From Mobula hypostoma (lineage: Eukaryota): a stretch of 64,000 nt of DNA. Of the stretch, positions 12,624 through 26,606 are shown in pieces. Both the position numbers and the translations under genes were made by a program. The notes under the pieces were generated by a model, which ran no database searches, had not been told where the DNA came from, and was given only the letters and a program-made list of their open reading frames with translations. Where the stretch lies: positions 70,310,001 through 70,374,000 of the forward strand of contig NC_086108.1 of assembly GCF_963921235.1 (NCBI RefSeq), read 5' to 3'. How positions within the stretch are numbered: position 1 is the stretch's first letter; each line of letters opens with the position of its first letter.

Positions 12624-14084
12624 GTAAGTTTGTTTTCCCTTATTTCTGGCCTAAAGTGTTTTTTTTATATAAAGGATAAAACATTGAAATGGACATTAAC
12701 AAATTTTATCCTTTGTAAATGTTTGGGAACTTTAGTCTTTCAAGTGTTGAACTTCTTGTCTAAAAGTAGTATCTTGGGTTTGACAAATCTTTTTCCTTAA
12801 AATCATCAGCACTGGAGTTTTGCAGTTTTCCTTTGTTCAGATAAATTGTGGCTGATCTATACCTCAACTCCATTTTATTTGTTTTGAAGCTGCACTTTTA
12901 CCCAAGGTCCTTTCATAACAAAATTATCAGAATTGAAGATTTCAATTAGCCTAACATTCACGGCCTTTTGCAGGAGAGGATTTCAGGTTACTTCATGCGG
13001 AGGGCTTTCTAACTTAGATGTGTTAAGTCTGCTTTCCCATCCCAACTAAGCTTCATTTGGAGCAATGTGGACAATTCTGAGAAGCCCACTTAAAATATAA
13101 AGGGCCTCGAGTTCAGAGGAAATTTAACAGCTTATTGGCAAAATAGAGGGAATGCAGTTTTGAGGAATTGTTGAAAAAGTTGAGACTTGTACCCTGGACC
13201 AGAAGGTTAAGTAGTAATCTTTTTTGACTGTTTTGAGTGTTGTTGATGCAGAAACAGTAATCTGTGAGATTATAGATTTTCTTTTTGCCAGTGATTTCTG
13301 GATGTAAATAAAAATGAGGCTTTTTCTGTTGGTGCGATTTAAAACTCTTCACCTGAAGTAGTAGTTTCACATGCAATTTCTGAAGGAAGTCAGACAACTA
13401 TTAAATGTGGTACTTCTGGATTACAAAGTATTGCATGTATTTTTTTTAAAGAGAATCAGTACAAACACAGTTGGTGCTGAAAGTTTCTTTATTTTCTTCA
13501 ATCTACTTTATCAAATTTTTATCCTTTTGGAAGCTCTCCAATTAAAAACAATTTTGTAAACTCTCAGGACTGCAAATTATTCATATGCAATCTGTCATTT
13601 AATTTGTTAAGTCTTTTACCATTATTCTTTAGGAAGCTGAAAGGACCCCATTGTTTCCCTCCAACAGAATGCCACAAATATGCTTTCAGGGTGCATGAAT
13701 TTTGCTAGTGCCATTTTTCTTTTGTCTAACAACCAGGTAGGGTTTCTTTCTTGGCTCCATGACCCTGTTCCAAACTATCTTTATGAAAAGCCATTGAATA
13801 GTGTTAGTTAGACTTCATCCAAACCTTGATCTTTAAGGCACAGTGTAAAATCAACTCTTTTGTTCTAAATTGGCTGTTGTTTTAAGCACACTCATTTCGA
13901 AAGCAATTCTTATTCCAGAACCAATTAAAAGTTGATCATTTCTTGATAGTGTAAACATGGAAGTATATATTGCATGCAGTCTTGACAAGAATAACAATTG
14001 TGCTTGTACACTGGGGCTCAGCATTATATAAAATGCAGCTGTAATGTGTTTGCATTTGAAGATGTGAACTGAGCTCAAGATTGA

Positions 14085-17030
14085 TGAATTAGAATTTTTA
14101 AAAAATCTTACAACCATCCCAAAATGTGAGGGAGTAAAAATCTTTGTGTTACGACTCCATTGCAATGTATAGACATGTGAATTTAAAATTCTAATGGCTT
14201 GTAGAAAGAAGCCGTCCAGTAGCCTGTTGGTCCTGGCTTTAATACTGCGGTAGCATTTGCCAGATGGAAACAGCTGAAACAGTTTATGGTTGGGGTGACT
14301 GTTGTCCCTGATGATTTTCCAGGCTGCCTTTCTGCACCTGCTGCTATAAATGCCCTCAATGGAGGGAAGTGCACATCCACAGATGCGCTGGGCTGTCTGT
14401 ACCACTCTGCAGTGCCCAGCGATTAAGGTTGGTGCAGTTCCCGTATCAGGTGGTGATACAGCCAGTCAGTATGCTCTCATTGGTGCTCCTGTAGAGGGTC
14501 TTGAGGATTTGAGGGCCCATGCCAAACATCTTCAGTCGCCTGATGTGGAAGAGATGCTGTGGTAATTTTTTTTTTGCCACAAAGCCAGTGTGTATAGTGC
14601 AGGTGAGGTCATTGGCGATGTGTATACTGAAGAACTTAAAACTGCTCACCCTCTCAACTGCAGGCCCATTGATGTTGATCTGTCTCTGTTCCTCCTGTAA
14701 TCCACAATCAGCTCTTTTGTTTTTTGAACATTGAAGGAGAGGTTGTTATCCTAGCACTACTGTGCCGGGGTGTCAACCTCCCCTCTATAGGCTGTCTCAT
14801 TACTGCTAGAAATAAGTCGTGTCACCTGTGAATTTGATCAGTAGATTGGAGGTGTGTGTGGCAGTACAGTGGTGGGTGTAAGGGGAGTAGGGAAGGGGAT
14901 TCAGAACACAACCCTGGAGGGCACCTGCGTTGAGAGGCAGAGGTGAGGGAGCCCATCCTTACCGCCTGTCAGTGATCTGACAGGAAGCCTAGGATCCAGC
15001 TGCCGAGGTGCAGGTCGAGGTCACTGAGCTTCTTGTCAAGTCTGGAGGGAATTATGGTGTTGAATGCTGAACTGTAGTCCAGGAATAGCACTCTAACATA
15101 TGCATTCCTCTTGTCCAGGTGATTGAGGATGGTGTGTAGTGCTGTGGCATCGGTAGGCAAATTGAAGGAGGTCCAGTGTGGGTGTTAGCATGCTGTAGAC
15201 GGTAGTCTTTAACCAGCCTCGCAAAGCATTTGCTTATAATTGAGGTGAGAGCGACAGGGCGACAATTGTTCAGGCATGCTACCTTGTTTTTCTTAGCCAC
15301 AGGGACAATGAAATAGGAGGGCACTACACACTGGGAGAGGGAGAGATTAAAAATGTTCATAAACACACCAGCCAGCTGTTTAGCAGACAATTTGAGGACA
15401 CGCCGTGGGATGCCATCCAGCCACACTGCCTTGCGACTGTTGAAACCTTGCAATATTCTACGTATCTCAGCCTCGGAGATGACCAAGGTGCAGGTCTCAT
15501 CGGAGGCTGTCCTCAGGAGTTCAGTCTTATCAACCTCAAATCGAGCATGAAGAGTGCATTTAGCTCGTCCAGGAGCGAGGCGGCAATGTTGGCTGTACTG
15601 TTGCGCTTCCCTTTGATGTCCATGATGGTGCACGGTCCTTGCCATGCGCTGCGTGTGTCATTGTTGCAGAGTCATGACTGGATTTTGTCCCTGTGTTGCA
15701 GTTTTGCCACCTTGATGGCTCTTTGTAAATCATAGTGGCATCTCTTGAGCTCCCGTTGGTCTCCAGAAGCAAAGTCTTTATCCCTTGTGCTGAGAGCAAC
15801 ACGCACTGAACTATTTATCCAAGGCTTCTGGTTTGAGTCGACCCGCACCAAGTTTTGGGGAACAATGTCTTAAATGCACTTCCGAATGAAGCTTGTGACT
15901 GCTTCCGTGTATTCGAAGATGTTCTCAGCTCGAAGTACCTCCCAGGTGATGCTATCAAAGCAGTGTTGTAACATTGGGTCTGAATGGTTGGACCAGCAGT
16001 GGATAGTTTTCACTGTGGCTGCCTCCTGCTTCAATTTCTGTCTGTAGGCGGGCAGGGCAAGATGGAGGAATGATGATACTTTCCAAACGGAGGGCAGAGA
16101 AGTGCTTTGTGGGTGTTGCGGAAGGGTAAGTAGCAATGGTCGAGCATGCTTCCTCCCTGTGTTGATCACCTCGATGTGTTGGCAGAACTTCCAAGTAACC
16201 TCTGGTCAGCGACCTTTGGTTAAAATCTCCAGCGACGATGAAAGCAGCCTCTGGGTGTGGTTTCATGGATATTGATGGTTTTGCGAAGTTCGTTAAGAGC
16301 CAGGTTGGTATCGGCCTGTGGTGGGATGTACACAGCTGTAATAATCACAGCTGTGCATTCTCTAGGCAGTCAGAAAGGTCGACGTAGCAGTATAAGTTAC
16401 TCCAGATTCGGGGAGCAAACAAAAAGATTTGAGGGTTTGCACACTACCTGAGTCACACTAACCATTGTTCACCATAAAACATACTCCCTCACATTTAATT
16501 TTCCCAGAGAGGTCTTTAGAACTGTCTGCTCAGAACACAGAACTTGATGGGTTCGATGGCTTGGTCTGGTATTTCCTCAGACAACCAGGTTTCAGTAAGG
16601 CACAAGATGTTACAATGCTTTATTTCCCGTTGGTAGGATATTCTGGCTGTCAGCTCACACAGCTTGTTGTCCACCAACTGTACATCGTTTGCCAATGTAC
16701 AGTTTGCTAGGGAGCAGCAGCCATTTTGTGCGCCACCTTAACCATTAGCAAGACACCAGCTGTTCTTCCTCAACTCTGGCGATGCTTTTTTGGTAATGCC
16801 GGTGTGGTGAATAAAACTTCTGTGGTTTGTGCAAGCAGGGGTCCCAGTGGTAGAAAGGCAGCACGTTATGATTGAATTCTGTCTTACCAATGTTCAAAAG
16901 AGTCAATCGATCGTACCTGATGTGACTTTCAGCTTCTTGTAAGAAGTGCAGAAAGAAGTAGATAAGCAGAAATTTACAATGCCAATTCGAAGTACACAAC
17001 ATGGCTGCTGTACATGGCACCATCTTGGAG
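14085..17030 (-). mobile_element. Near full-length, degraded Rex1/Babar-like LINE (EN plus RT)
   Basis: [54 protein letters not shown]; many stops and frameshifts. Confidence 0.85.
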
Positions 17031-17389
17031 GGCTTGGATAAACTGGAATTTTTTTTAGTGCCAAAACATTGTATGTTTGTTTTTAATTTCAAAAAATAGT
17101 AGCAACTTTACAAATAAATTTGACTTTGGGGCAACAGGTATATTTGTTTTAGTTCCCAAGTGAAATAAACAAAAATACTCAATCAAGTGTGTGTGTTTTT
17201 TTTAACAAATGAATACTTTTAACTGTATTGGTGTCATGAAGTTATTTAATTTTTTTGGTTAAAAAAAACACCTGTCAAGTTCACTTGATTGGAAGTTTCT
17301 CGTCCTTTGCAAAGATTTTAAGTAATTTGTGGTTATGAATGAGGATGCATACGTTTGATTTCTAAGTGACCCTCTTTTCTTGAATAAGG

Positions 17390-18965
17390 CCATAAGACAT
17401 TGGAGCAGAAATAGACCATTCAGCCCATCAAGTCTGCATTGCCATCATGATTGATTTATTATCTCTCTCAACACTTATTCTTCTGCCTGCCCGTAACCTT
17501 TGACACCCTGACTAATCAAGAACCTATCAACCTGTGCTTTAAATATACTCAGTGACTTTGCTAACACAGTCTTCTGTGGCAATGAATTCCACAGATTCAT
17601 TATCCTCTGGCTAAAGAAATTTCTCTTCGTCTATATTCTGAATGGACATTCCTCCATTTGTGCCCACTGGTCCGAGACCCACCCACAACAGGAAACATCC
17701 TTTCCACATCCCCTCTATCTCGGCCTTTCAATATTCAATACGTTTCAATGAGGTCCCCCTTCATTCTTCTAAACTCCAGCAAGTATAGGCCTAGAGCCAT
17801 CAAATGCTCATTCATTAATCTTTTTATTTTTGGAGTCATTCCTGTGAGCTTCCTCTGGACCCTCTCAAATGCCAGCACATCTTTTAGATCTGGGGCCCAA
17901 AACTGCTCATCATATTCCATGTGTAATCTGATCAATGCCAACAAAGCCTCCACATTACATCCTTGCTCTTAATTTTTAGCCCACTTGAAATGAATGCAAC
18001 TTTGCAGTTGCCTTCCTCACCACTGGCTCAGCCTGCAAAATAATCTTTGGGGAATTTTGCATGAAGACTCCCAATTCCCCTTGTAGCTTTGATTTTTGAA
18101 TTTTATCCATGCTTTGAAAATAGTCTACACCTTTATTTCTTCTATCAAAGTGCATGACCGCACACTTCTCTGCACTATATTTCATCTGCCACTTTTTTGC
18201 CCATTCTCCTGATCTGTCTCAGTCTTTCAGAGGACTCCCTTTTTTCCCAAGACTACCTGCACCTCCACCTATATTTGTATCATCTACAAACTTAGCCTCT
18301 AGCCATCAGTTTCATCATCCAAATCATTGACATATTACGTGAAAACCCCAACCCCTGTGGAATGCCATTATTCACCAGCAGGCAACCGGAAAAGACACCC
18401 TTTACTGCCACTCTTTGCCTCCTGCCAGTCAGCCAATTTACAATCCATGCTATTACCTTTCCTGTAATACCACAGGCTCTTATCTTGTTAAGTAGCCTCA
18501 TAAGTGGCTCCTTGTCAAAGGCCTTCTGAAAATCCAAGTGTACAACATCCACTAATTCTCCTTTGTCCATCCTGATTATTATTTCCTCAAAGAATTCCAA
18601 CAAATTTGTCAGGCATGATTTCCCCTTAAGGAAACCATGCTGACTTTGACTTATTTTGTTATATGCTTCCAAGTACCCCAAAACATCATCCATAATAACG
18701 CACTCCAGAATCTCCACAACCACTGCAGTCAGGCTAACTGCCCATAATTTCCTTTCTTCTGCCCCCATCCCATAAAGAGTAGAGTGACATTTGCAATTTT
18801 CCAGTCCTTTGGAATCATTCCAGAATCTGGTGATTCTTAAAAGTTCAATACTAATCCCTCCACAGTCTCTTCAACTACCTCTTTCAGAATCCGGGGGTAT
18901 AATCTACCTGGTCCAGGTGACTTATCTGCCTTCAGACCTTTCAGCTTCCCAAGCACCTTCTCCTT
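17390..18965 (-). mobile_element. CR1 LINE 3' portion (RT)
   Basis: [48 protein letters not shown]. Confidence 0.92.
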
Positions 18966-19671
18966 AGAATGAACGTATTTGCCTGAGGATTAACAATGTA
19001 ACTTGTATCTTTTACTTTTACATTAAGCTCATTGAACTGGCTCTGGCCAAGATGTTTCCCCAACTTAGTGGGGAACTTGTAGATAAATTATGTTCTAAGT
19101 TCCCATGCACTAAAGTATACACCCATATGAATGAAGTAATTAATTTAATTTTTGAGTTTAGTTGATTGATATAAAATAAAACAATAGGTATAAAATATAG
19201 CGTTCCTGGGGAAGTTCAGCATTCTATATTTTCCTGCATATATAAACTTTTGAAGACTGTTTCATTAGTTATAGATGAAAAATTAATTTATATTAACACG
19301 GACAGCAAGTTTGTAAATCCGGTGGGAGCAAAGGATGAGGGAATGGCAAGGGTGGAGCGCCACGGGAGGAGTGTGGGACTGTTGTCTGAGAAGAGTTCCA
19401 GGCAGAGGGACGGCTTCGACGTGGTTACATCCAGCCCTGAGACACCAGGCAAAATCATTTGATTCCAAATAATTAATTTATTGATCATTAGAAAATACGT
19501 GGTGCTTCCTGCTCCCTCCCCACTCCCTTCCCATTTTCCTATCCATGGTTCCCCTCCCCACCCCCTTCCGTACTCTTTGTTCACAATGGAGACCCGTTTC
19601 AGAATCAGGTTTATCAACGCTTACATGTGTTATGTAATTTGTTATCTTGCAGCTGTACATAAAATTACTTG

Positions 19672-19733
19672 TGTTGTACAGAAGTCTTGGGCATCTTAGC
19701 TATATATATGTGCCAAAGACTTTTGCACAGTAC
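19672..19733. repeat. Short imperfect palindrome at the end of an unclassified repeat-like block (~19280-19733); possible MITE remnant
   Basis: tgtacagaagtcttgggca pairs with tgccaaagacttttgcaca. Confidence 0.5.
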
Positions 19734-20099
19734 AATAGATATTGTCTTTCAGTGTCGATATATCCAAATGATCATTAGAGACTTTTTGCCCAGTATCTGT
19801 CCACCCACTTCAGCTTTTTAAATATTATTCATATTTATTTTACGTATGCAAGTGAATTTTACTTTCTAGTTTTCTACTTTGGTTGTCTTTAAAGGCTTAA
19901 AGTTGCTGATAGTAATCTCATAGCATCTTATTTAGCTTTGGGTCTCAAGGCTTGCCTTCATGTTCAGCTTCCTCAATTTAATATTTTTAACATTTTGACC
20001 TTAGAGCTTTATTATTCCATATTCATTAAGCATTCATAGCATTGTTTGCTAATACCGAAGTCCCTGCATTTTGCATGGTTTTGGTGTTTTCTTATTCAA

Positions 20100-21265
20100 A
20101 TGAATCAGAATCAGGTTTAATACCACTGGCATATGTCATGAAATTTATTGTTTTGCAGCAGCTGTATATTGTAATTAATAGTTTTTATTAAATATTGCAA
20201 TAAGAAATGTGGATTATAAAAAAAAACATTCAATAAGTAGTGCAAAAAGAGGGAGGAAAGTCCTGAGGTTCATGTATTCATTGTGCATTCAGAAATCTGA
20301 TGGTCGAAGGGAAGAAGCTGTTCCTGAAGCATTGTATATGAGAAAAGTGTATGTCCTGTATGATGGTGGTCCTTAATAACAGATGCTGCCTTTTTGAGGC
20401 ATCATCCTTTTGAAGGTATCCTGGATGCTGGAGAGGCTCGTGCTCATGAAGGTGCTGGCTGAGTTTACCACTCTGCAGCTTTTTCCAATCCACTGCAGTG
20501 TCCCGTCCATATCGGACGGTGATACAACCATTCAGAATGCTTTCAGTGATACATCTGTAGAAATTTGCGAGAGTCTGTTGTTGTCATACGAAGTGTCTTC
20601 AAACTCCGAATGAAACATAGCCACTGTCATGCCTTCATTGTAATTGCATCAATATTTTGGGCCCAAGATAGATGTTCAGATATGCTGCCATCCAGGAACT
20701 TGAAACTGCTCACCCATCTTTGCTGGTCCCTTGATGAGGACTGATGTGTGTTCCCTCGACTTCCCCTTCCTGAATTCCACAATAAATTCCTTGGTCCTAC
20801 TGACATTGAGTGCAAGGTTGTTGCTGTGACAGCACTCAACCAGCTGATCAATCTTGTCACCATTGAAATTCTGCAAACAATACATGTGCCATTGCAAATT
20901 TATAGATAGCCTTTGAGCTGTGCCTTGCCACACAGTCGTGAGTGTAGAGCCCAAGGCTAAGCACGCGTCCTCAGTGCTCCAGTGTTGATTGCCAGCGAGG
21001 TGGAGATGTTTCTGATCTGCACAGACTGTGGTTTCCTGGTGAGGAAGTTAGGGATTCAGTTGCAGGAGAGGAAGAGGCCTAGGTTTTGGAACTTTTTGTT
21101 TAGAACTAAGAGTTGTAATCAGTAAACAGCCTGATGAAGACATTGCTGTTGTCCTGGTGATCCAAGTCCAAGTGGAGGGCCACTGAGATTGCATCTGCTG
21201 TAGACCTATTGCAGTAGTAGGCAAATTGCATTGGATCCAGGTTCTTGCTTAGGCAAGAGTTAATT
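20100..21265 (-). mobile_element. Rex1-like LINE 3' fragment with (ATTCTG)n-type tail
   Basis: NNLALNVSRTKEFIVEFRK and RNSFFPSTIRFLN motifs; tail aatcagaatcagg on the + strand. Confidence 0.8.
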
Positions 21266-22287
21266 CTGTAGTTAAATGTCACATTTTCTTGTAAATCTGC
21301 TACCTTCCATAATTAGAACTCTGTAGAAAGCTACAAATTTTTAGGAACTGCATTTTGTCATGAAAGTTGCTGTTCAGTCTTTTTAAATGTTCTCCAGCAG
21401 TTAATCCTCTGACTAGTCATTCCTTAAAGAGATTATAATTCTTTTTCTGACCGAATCCAATGAGGTGCAGACGTTAATTTGAAGTTTTTTGAGACACTTC
21501 AGTTTAGAACAAATTCTGGTGCAAATTGATCCCCTTCCATTGCCAACAGAGCTCTTGATCTGGTAAGTGAGGAATGAGATGGACAATTCTTGTCTTGTTT
21601 AAGTATCCTCTCTTTCAATTGTTCAACATTTTTGGCCACATTTTCAGCTGCCTCGGCCCCAGAATCCTCTTGAAACTGCTTCTTTTCTCTAATCATTTGA
21701 GGTGGATCCTGAGACACGACTTGTATTTGTCTGCTGAAGCAGTAGATGCTGATAATATTGTCCTGTATAGTTTCAGTATCGGTGACCTTGTTGATGTTTT
21801 AACCAGTGGGGTAAAGAATTGCAAGTAACTGCTGTCAATTTTCTGGTCCTTTGATTGAAGTTGTCTGCCGTATTAAGACATAAATGTATGATTTCTTGTC
21901 TAAAGACATCAGGAATGTTAATACTGCTGTTTGTGAGTTGGCTTAGGACTCTCAGATATCACTTCAGTTGGAGGATGCACACATTTGTAATACACTGAGC
22001 ATTGTTTAATATGTAATTCATTGCTTTCCACATAACAAACGTAAAAAAGAATCTAGTGCTTATATTTTAAACATATTTTAAGAATTGGTTATCTTCAACT
22101 CTGCAGAAAATGATTCTGAATTTGCAAGTGCTGCTTGAGTTGCTAATTTCCATTTCATTTGATGTATTCTTAAAAGTGTCCTTTTTCTCACGTTATCTTT
22201 CTTTTACCACAAATACGTAAAGTTTTCAAAGTGTTTCAAATCAAAATAGCTACAGTTTCATTTTGACTTTCTGCTTACTACTTACAG

Positions 22288-22464
22288 CTCAAGCTTGGGA
22301 GAATATGTTTAATGCCTCAGCTTCAAGCCCAAATCCTAATAATCCTGCTGAATATTGTTCAACTATACCACCACTGCAACAAGCTCAGGCATCAGGGGCA
22401 CTTAGTTCTCCACCACCCACAGTAATGGTTCCTGTGGGAGTTCTGAAATATCCTGGCACAGAAG
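22288..22464 (+). CDS. ZFYVE9: ZFYVE9/SARA exon: Smad-binding domain (QAWENMFNASASSPNPNNPAEYCSTIPPLQQAQASGALSSPPPTVMVPVGVLKYPGTE)
   Basis: cag acceptor, gtaatg donor, 177 bp, phase 1 to 1. SPNPNNPAEYCSTIPP is the SARA Smad2/3-binding signature. Confidence 0.98.
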
Positions 22465-22879
22465 GTAATGCTAATTTTATACATGTGCAGGGAAATGAAT
22501 ATGAAAATTGAGCATATTATTGCAGGGCATGGATTAACTATTTTGTTTCGGGTTTTTTTTTGTTGTAAACTTTTTGATTGTTCAGTGCAGAATGCTTTCC
22601 TATTGGCGTATAGTTATTAAGCTATCAAGCAAATCAAAAGTACATTGTACAAGTGAATTTTCAGGTGTTCCAGCTTTTGAATGTTGTTTGCTTTTCTTTA
22701 AATCTGTTTCAAATTCATGGTCATCAAGTTCAAATTGCATTTTAATTTTTGAGTTCCATATTTCCATGTGGTGATTCAGAAAACTTCACTTGCATGTTAA
22801 CCTGCTTTTAAAAATGCATGAAATGGATGACTTGGAGCTTGCATGTAGTATTGTATATTTTCACTACCATGTTGTTTGA

Positions 22880-23230
22880 GGCCGAGGTCTTGAAGCTTAT
22901 TGATTAGTTTTGAGGGGATGTTAAAATTGAATGCCAAGCTGATGTATGCATTTTGACTGTCCAGGTGTTCCAGGGTTGAGTGAAGAGCCAATAAAATGGC
23001 ATTTGCTGTTGACCTGTTGTGATGATAGGCAAATTGGAGCAGATCCAAGTTGCTTCTCAGGCAGGAGTTGACATATTTCACTACCATACTTTCAGAGCAC
23101 TTCATCACCGTGGATGTAAGTGCTGCTGGATGATGGTCACTGAGGCAGGTTACTATGTTTTTCTTTGGCACCAGTATAATCAAAGCCTGCTTGAAACAGG
23201 TAGGTACCTCAGACTGTTGAAGCAGTTGGA
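22880..23230 (-). mobile_element. Rex1-like RT fragment
   Basis: VPTCFKQALIILVPKK...LQFAYHHNRSTANAI. Confidence 0.8.
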
Positions 23231-23479
23231 AATAGAAAATGTGAAGGAGAATAAAATGGAGCAATGCAGTATAAAGTGCTATTATCTAAAATTATTAAAT
23301 TGAATTTTATGTCTTGAGGTCTTCAGTATACTTGGGTGGAAAATGAATTACTTTTCCTTGGGTTTACTTTGGGTATTTGCTGAAGCAATGAAAGAAACGG
23401 AAGACAGAGGCCAAAGTGGGAGCAAATTTAATATATTCACATCATTAATCAAACATTATTCCAATGTTGTATACTTCAT

Positions 23480-24150
23480 TGGAATAAGTGGTTCTTTGCG
23501 GGAATGGGACCCGCTCTCGGGGTTCCACAATTGGGCTCTATTTGGCATGCCAAAGTCTCGGCCTAAGATTTTGACACGGATTTAGAAGCCTGGGATCTCG
23601 AGTAACTGGAGACAGGCGAATCACACAGAGACCCGTGTGTCGTTGGGGGAGTCGAAACATTTGCTGTGTGTCTGGGGACCCAGGATCCTTGCAATCTTCA
23701 GGCACAGAGCTCAAATAAAAGCAACATAATGGACTTCTAACATGGTAAACCAGCAAGTTGTTTATCTCTTCTGCTTGTTGGAAAATGGAATCACCTCTTT
23801 CTCCCTTATTAGGAGAGAGAGACCCTGAAGCATGTCAAATTATCGGGTGAACAGTGTAGTCTTTGGGGTAACTGCAAGTCTGTGTCTTTGCTATTGCTTT
23901 GCTCACGCTTGAGTGCTGCTAGCGGGTGCGCTTTATTTTTGCCAGTGGGTGGAGGGGGATTGTTCCGCGCTGACGCTGGTGTGCGGGAGGGAGGGGAGCT
24001 GGGTGGGGGGGACTTTGGGGTTCTAACATTTAACTGTCATTCAGTCTTTGGGGCACTCCTCTGTTTTCGTGGATGGTTGCGAAGAAAAAGCATTTCAGGA
24101 TGTATATTGTATACATTTCTCTGATATTAAATTGTACCTTTGAACCTTAT
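23480..24150 (+). repeat. Unclassified non-coding retroposon-like repeat with ctttgaacct tail
   Basis: GC-richer block with a retroposon-like 3' end and no credible ORF. Confidence 0.45.
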
Positions 24151-24299
24151 GGAGAGACTGTTTGGGTCCCTGCATTATGGGAAGATAGGAGATAAAAAGG
24201 TAGGCAGGGATTAATTGGGAAAGTGCAATGAGCAGGGAAAATAGTGAATTGTGGAGTTGGATAGGTGATCTTTTCTGGAGAGGGAAAGTTTAAATCCTT

Positions 24300-24720
24300 T
24301 CAGCAATCCATAGAGCCCAACCCAACTAGCCCATGCCAACAAGTGAGCTAGTCCCATCAGTTTGCATTTGGCCCATAGCCCTCTAAACTACTACTAGCCA
24401 TGAACTTATCTAAATGAATTTTAAATGTTGCTATTGTGCCCACCTCAACCACCATTTCTATGAGCTCATCCCAAATATGCACCACCTTTTGTGTGAAGAA
24501 GTTGCCCCGATGTCCCTTTTGAATGTCTCACGGCTGATCTCAAACTTCTGTCCCTTTGCTATGCAAGGAATAAAGATTGTGCTTTCACCCTGTCTGTGGG
24601 GGACGATCTTGTATGCCTCTATCAGGTCATGCCTCAATTTCCTACACTCTACAGAATAAATTACTAGTCTATGAAACTTATCCTTGTAACTTGGGCCCCA
24701 AAGTCCAGTCAACATCTTAT
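24300..24720 (-). mobile_element. CR1 3' end fragment
   Basis: YSVECRKLRHDLIEAYKI, a CR1 ORF2 C-terminal motif. Confidence 0.75.
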
Positions 24721-24724
24721 TAGC

Positions 24725-25012
24725 ATTACTGTCCTCTCCTATTAAATTCTTTCTTCATTCTTTTATCTCTTCCACCAATTCCCCTCTCATTTTACCTCAT
24801 TTCTCCTTACTCACCCATCCACCTTCCCCTTCACTGGTCTTACCTGTCACTTGACAGCTTGTACTCCTTCCACTTCCCCACCATTTTCTTTTTATCTGCT
24901 ACCCACCTTTCCAGACCTGATGAAAGGTTTGGTCCAAAATGTTAACTGTGTATTCCCCTCCACGGATGCTGCCTGACTTGCTGAGTTTCTTGAGCATTTT
25001 GTGTGTGTTGCT
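24725..25012 (+). mobile_element. Penelope-like 3' tail with decayed hammerhead (24911-24948)
   Basis: CT-rich tract, then CTGATGA...AAAAT (GAAA mutated), then gatgctgcctgacttgctgagtt. Confidence 0.7.
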
Positions 25013-25644
25013 CAAGAGTGACAAGTGCCTATTTTCACCACTTTTTCTGTGATACTGCTTTCTTTGAACTCAATTTCATAACATCCATGGACCCCCAGAC
25101 CGTTGCCAGTCCTCAGCCCACATACCTAGCTGATCAAGGTCCTGTGCTGATTTTTCCTATAACCTTCTACACCCCCACCTATTTTTTTTATATCATCCAC
25201 AATGTTAGAAACCATGCTTTCTAATTTCACGTCATAGCATTTGTATAAATTACAAGGTCCCAACACTGCCCCCTTGTGTCACACACTAGGCACAGGCCCC
25301 TAGTCCAAGAAACAGCCCTCAACTGTGATAAAATTGGTCATTTTTATTTGGCAGACAGTAATTTGTGAGATGTCACAAGGATAGTTATTGGGACCTCAGA
25401 TTTTTAAAAAATTCATATTAGTAACTTGCATTATAAGACAGCATTATGTCAAATTTGCTGCTGATAATTTGGTAGTAGATTGAGAGGAAAATTAATTTAA
25501 AAAGGTGGCAGACGGAGTTCAAAGTGGGAAAATGTGATGTTATTCATTTTGTTAGAAAGCAGAGTTTAAAAAAAAATTAAATGTTAATTAAATATTGGAA
25601 AGTTGATAGAGATCTCTGTATCTGTGTGAAGAAAGTTGATATAT

Positions 25645-25951
25645 AAATAAATAAAGGCATCCGTTAGTCTTGCGAGACCAAAGTCTTCACTCTCCAGGGT
25701 GCAGGCCTGGGCAAGGTTATGTGGAAGACCAGCAGTTGCCCATGCTGCAAGTCTCTCCTCTCCACGACACCAATGTTGTCCAAGGCAAGGAATTAGGACC
25801 CATACAGCTTGGCACCAGTGTCGTCGCAGAGCAATGTGTGATTAAGTGCCTTGCTCAAGGACACAACACGTTCCCTTGGCTGGGGTTCGAACTCATGACC
25901 TTCAGGTAGCTAGTCCAATGCCTTAACCACTTGGCCACGTGCTCACATGAA
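25645..25951 (-). mobile_element. tRNA-derived SINE with V-SINE-like core, inserted in an old CR1 fragment
   Basis: Minus strand: A box TGGCCAAGTGG, B box GTTCGAACC, core GTGTCCTTGAGCAAGGCACTTAA. 17-bp TSD gaagaaagtt(g/c)atatat at 25628-25644 and 25952-25968. Confidence 0.88.
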
Positions 25952-26606
25952 GAAGAAAGTTCATATATGCTGTAATTAAAGCACACCTGGATTGTTGCTT
26001 TGTTTTGGTCTCATGCTTTTAAGAGGCAATGGAGGAAATTCATGTAATTAGATTCCTGGGTTGAAATTTCAATCTCATGAAGAAAAAATGACCCAATTAT
26101 GTCTAAGTACTGTGGAATTTAGAAGAATAAAATGTTGTTTCTTTCTTTAAGACTGGTGAGCTTGATGGGTTAATGCTGTTGTGCTGTTCATAGTAAGGAA
26201 GTCCAAAACTAGGGGTTCAATCTCAGGGTAAGAGTTGTCCACATAAAACCGAGCTGAGGAGTTTGTGTTGAAAGGCCAGTGAATGGTGAATTGTTAAATT
26301 ATGTTGAAACTGAGAAATTTGGATTACTGAGAACCAGGAATATGTGACTAGGGCAGAAAAGTGGAGTTGCAACTGGACAACGTGGCATACTCATAATCTT
26401 GTTCCTTTTTCTTAGGTAATTTATTATTGACTGTTGCTTGTTAATGATTATTACTTGCTTTGAATGTAGGCTTGAAAAAGTAAAGGCCTTTGGGGAAAAC
26501 TGAGCATTAATGCAAACTGATTTTTGTTATTTTGGTTTCCTTTTGCTTCGACTGGCTAAGATCAATTTCATTGGCCTGATTTTGATTAACTCATGCATTT
26601 GTTTAG

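Noticed and set aside
25880..25942. tRNA gene
   Set aside because: The tRNA-like boxes are the head of a TSD-flanked SINE; I could not see a complete cloverleaf.
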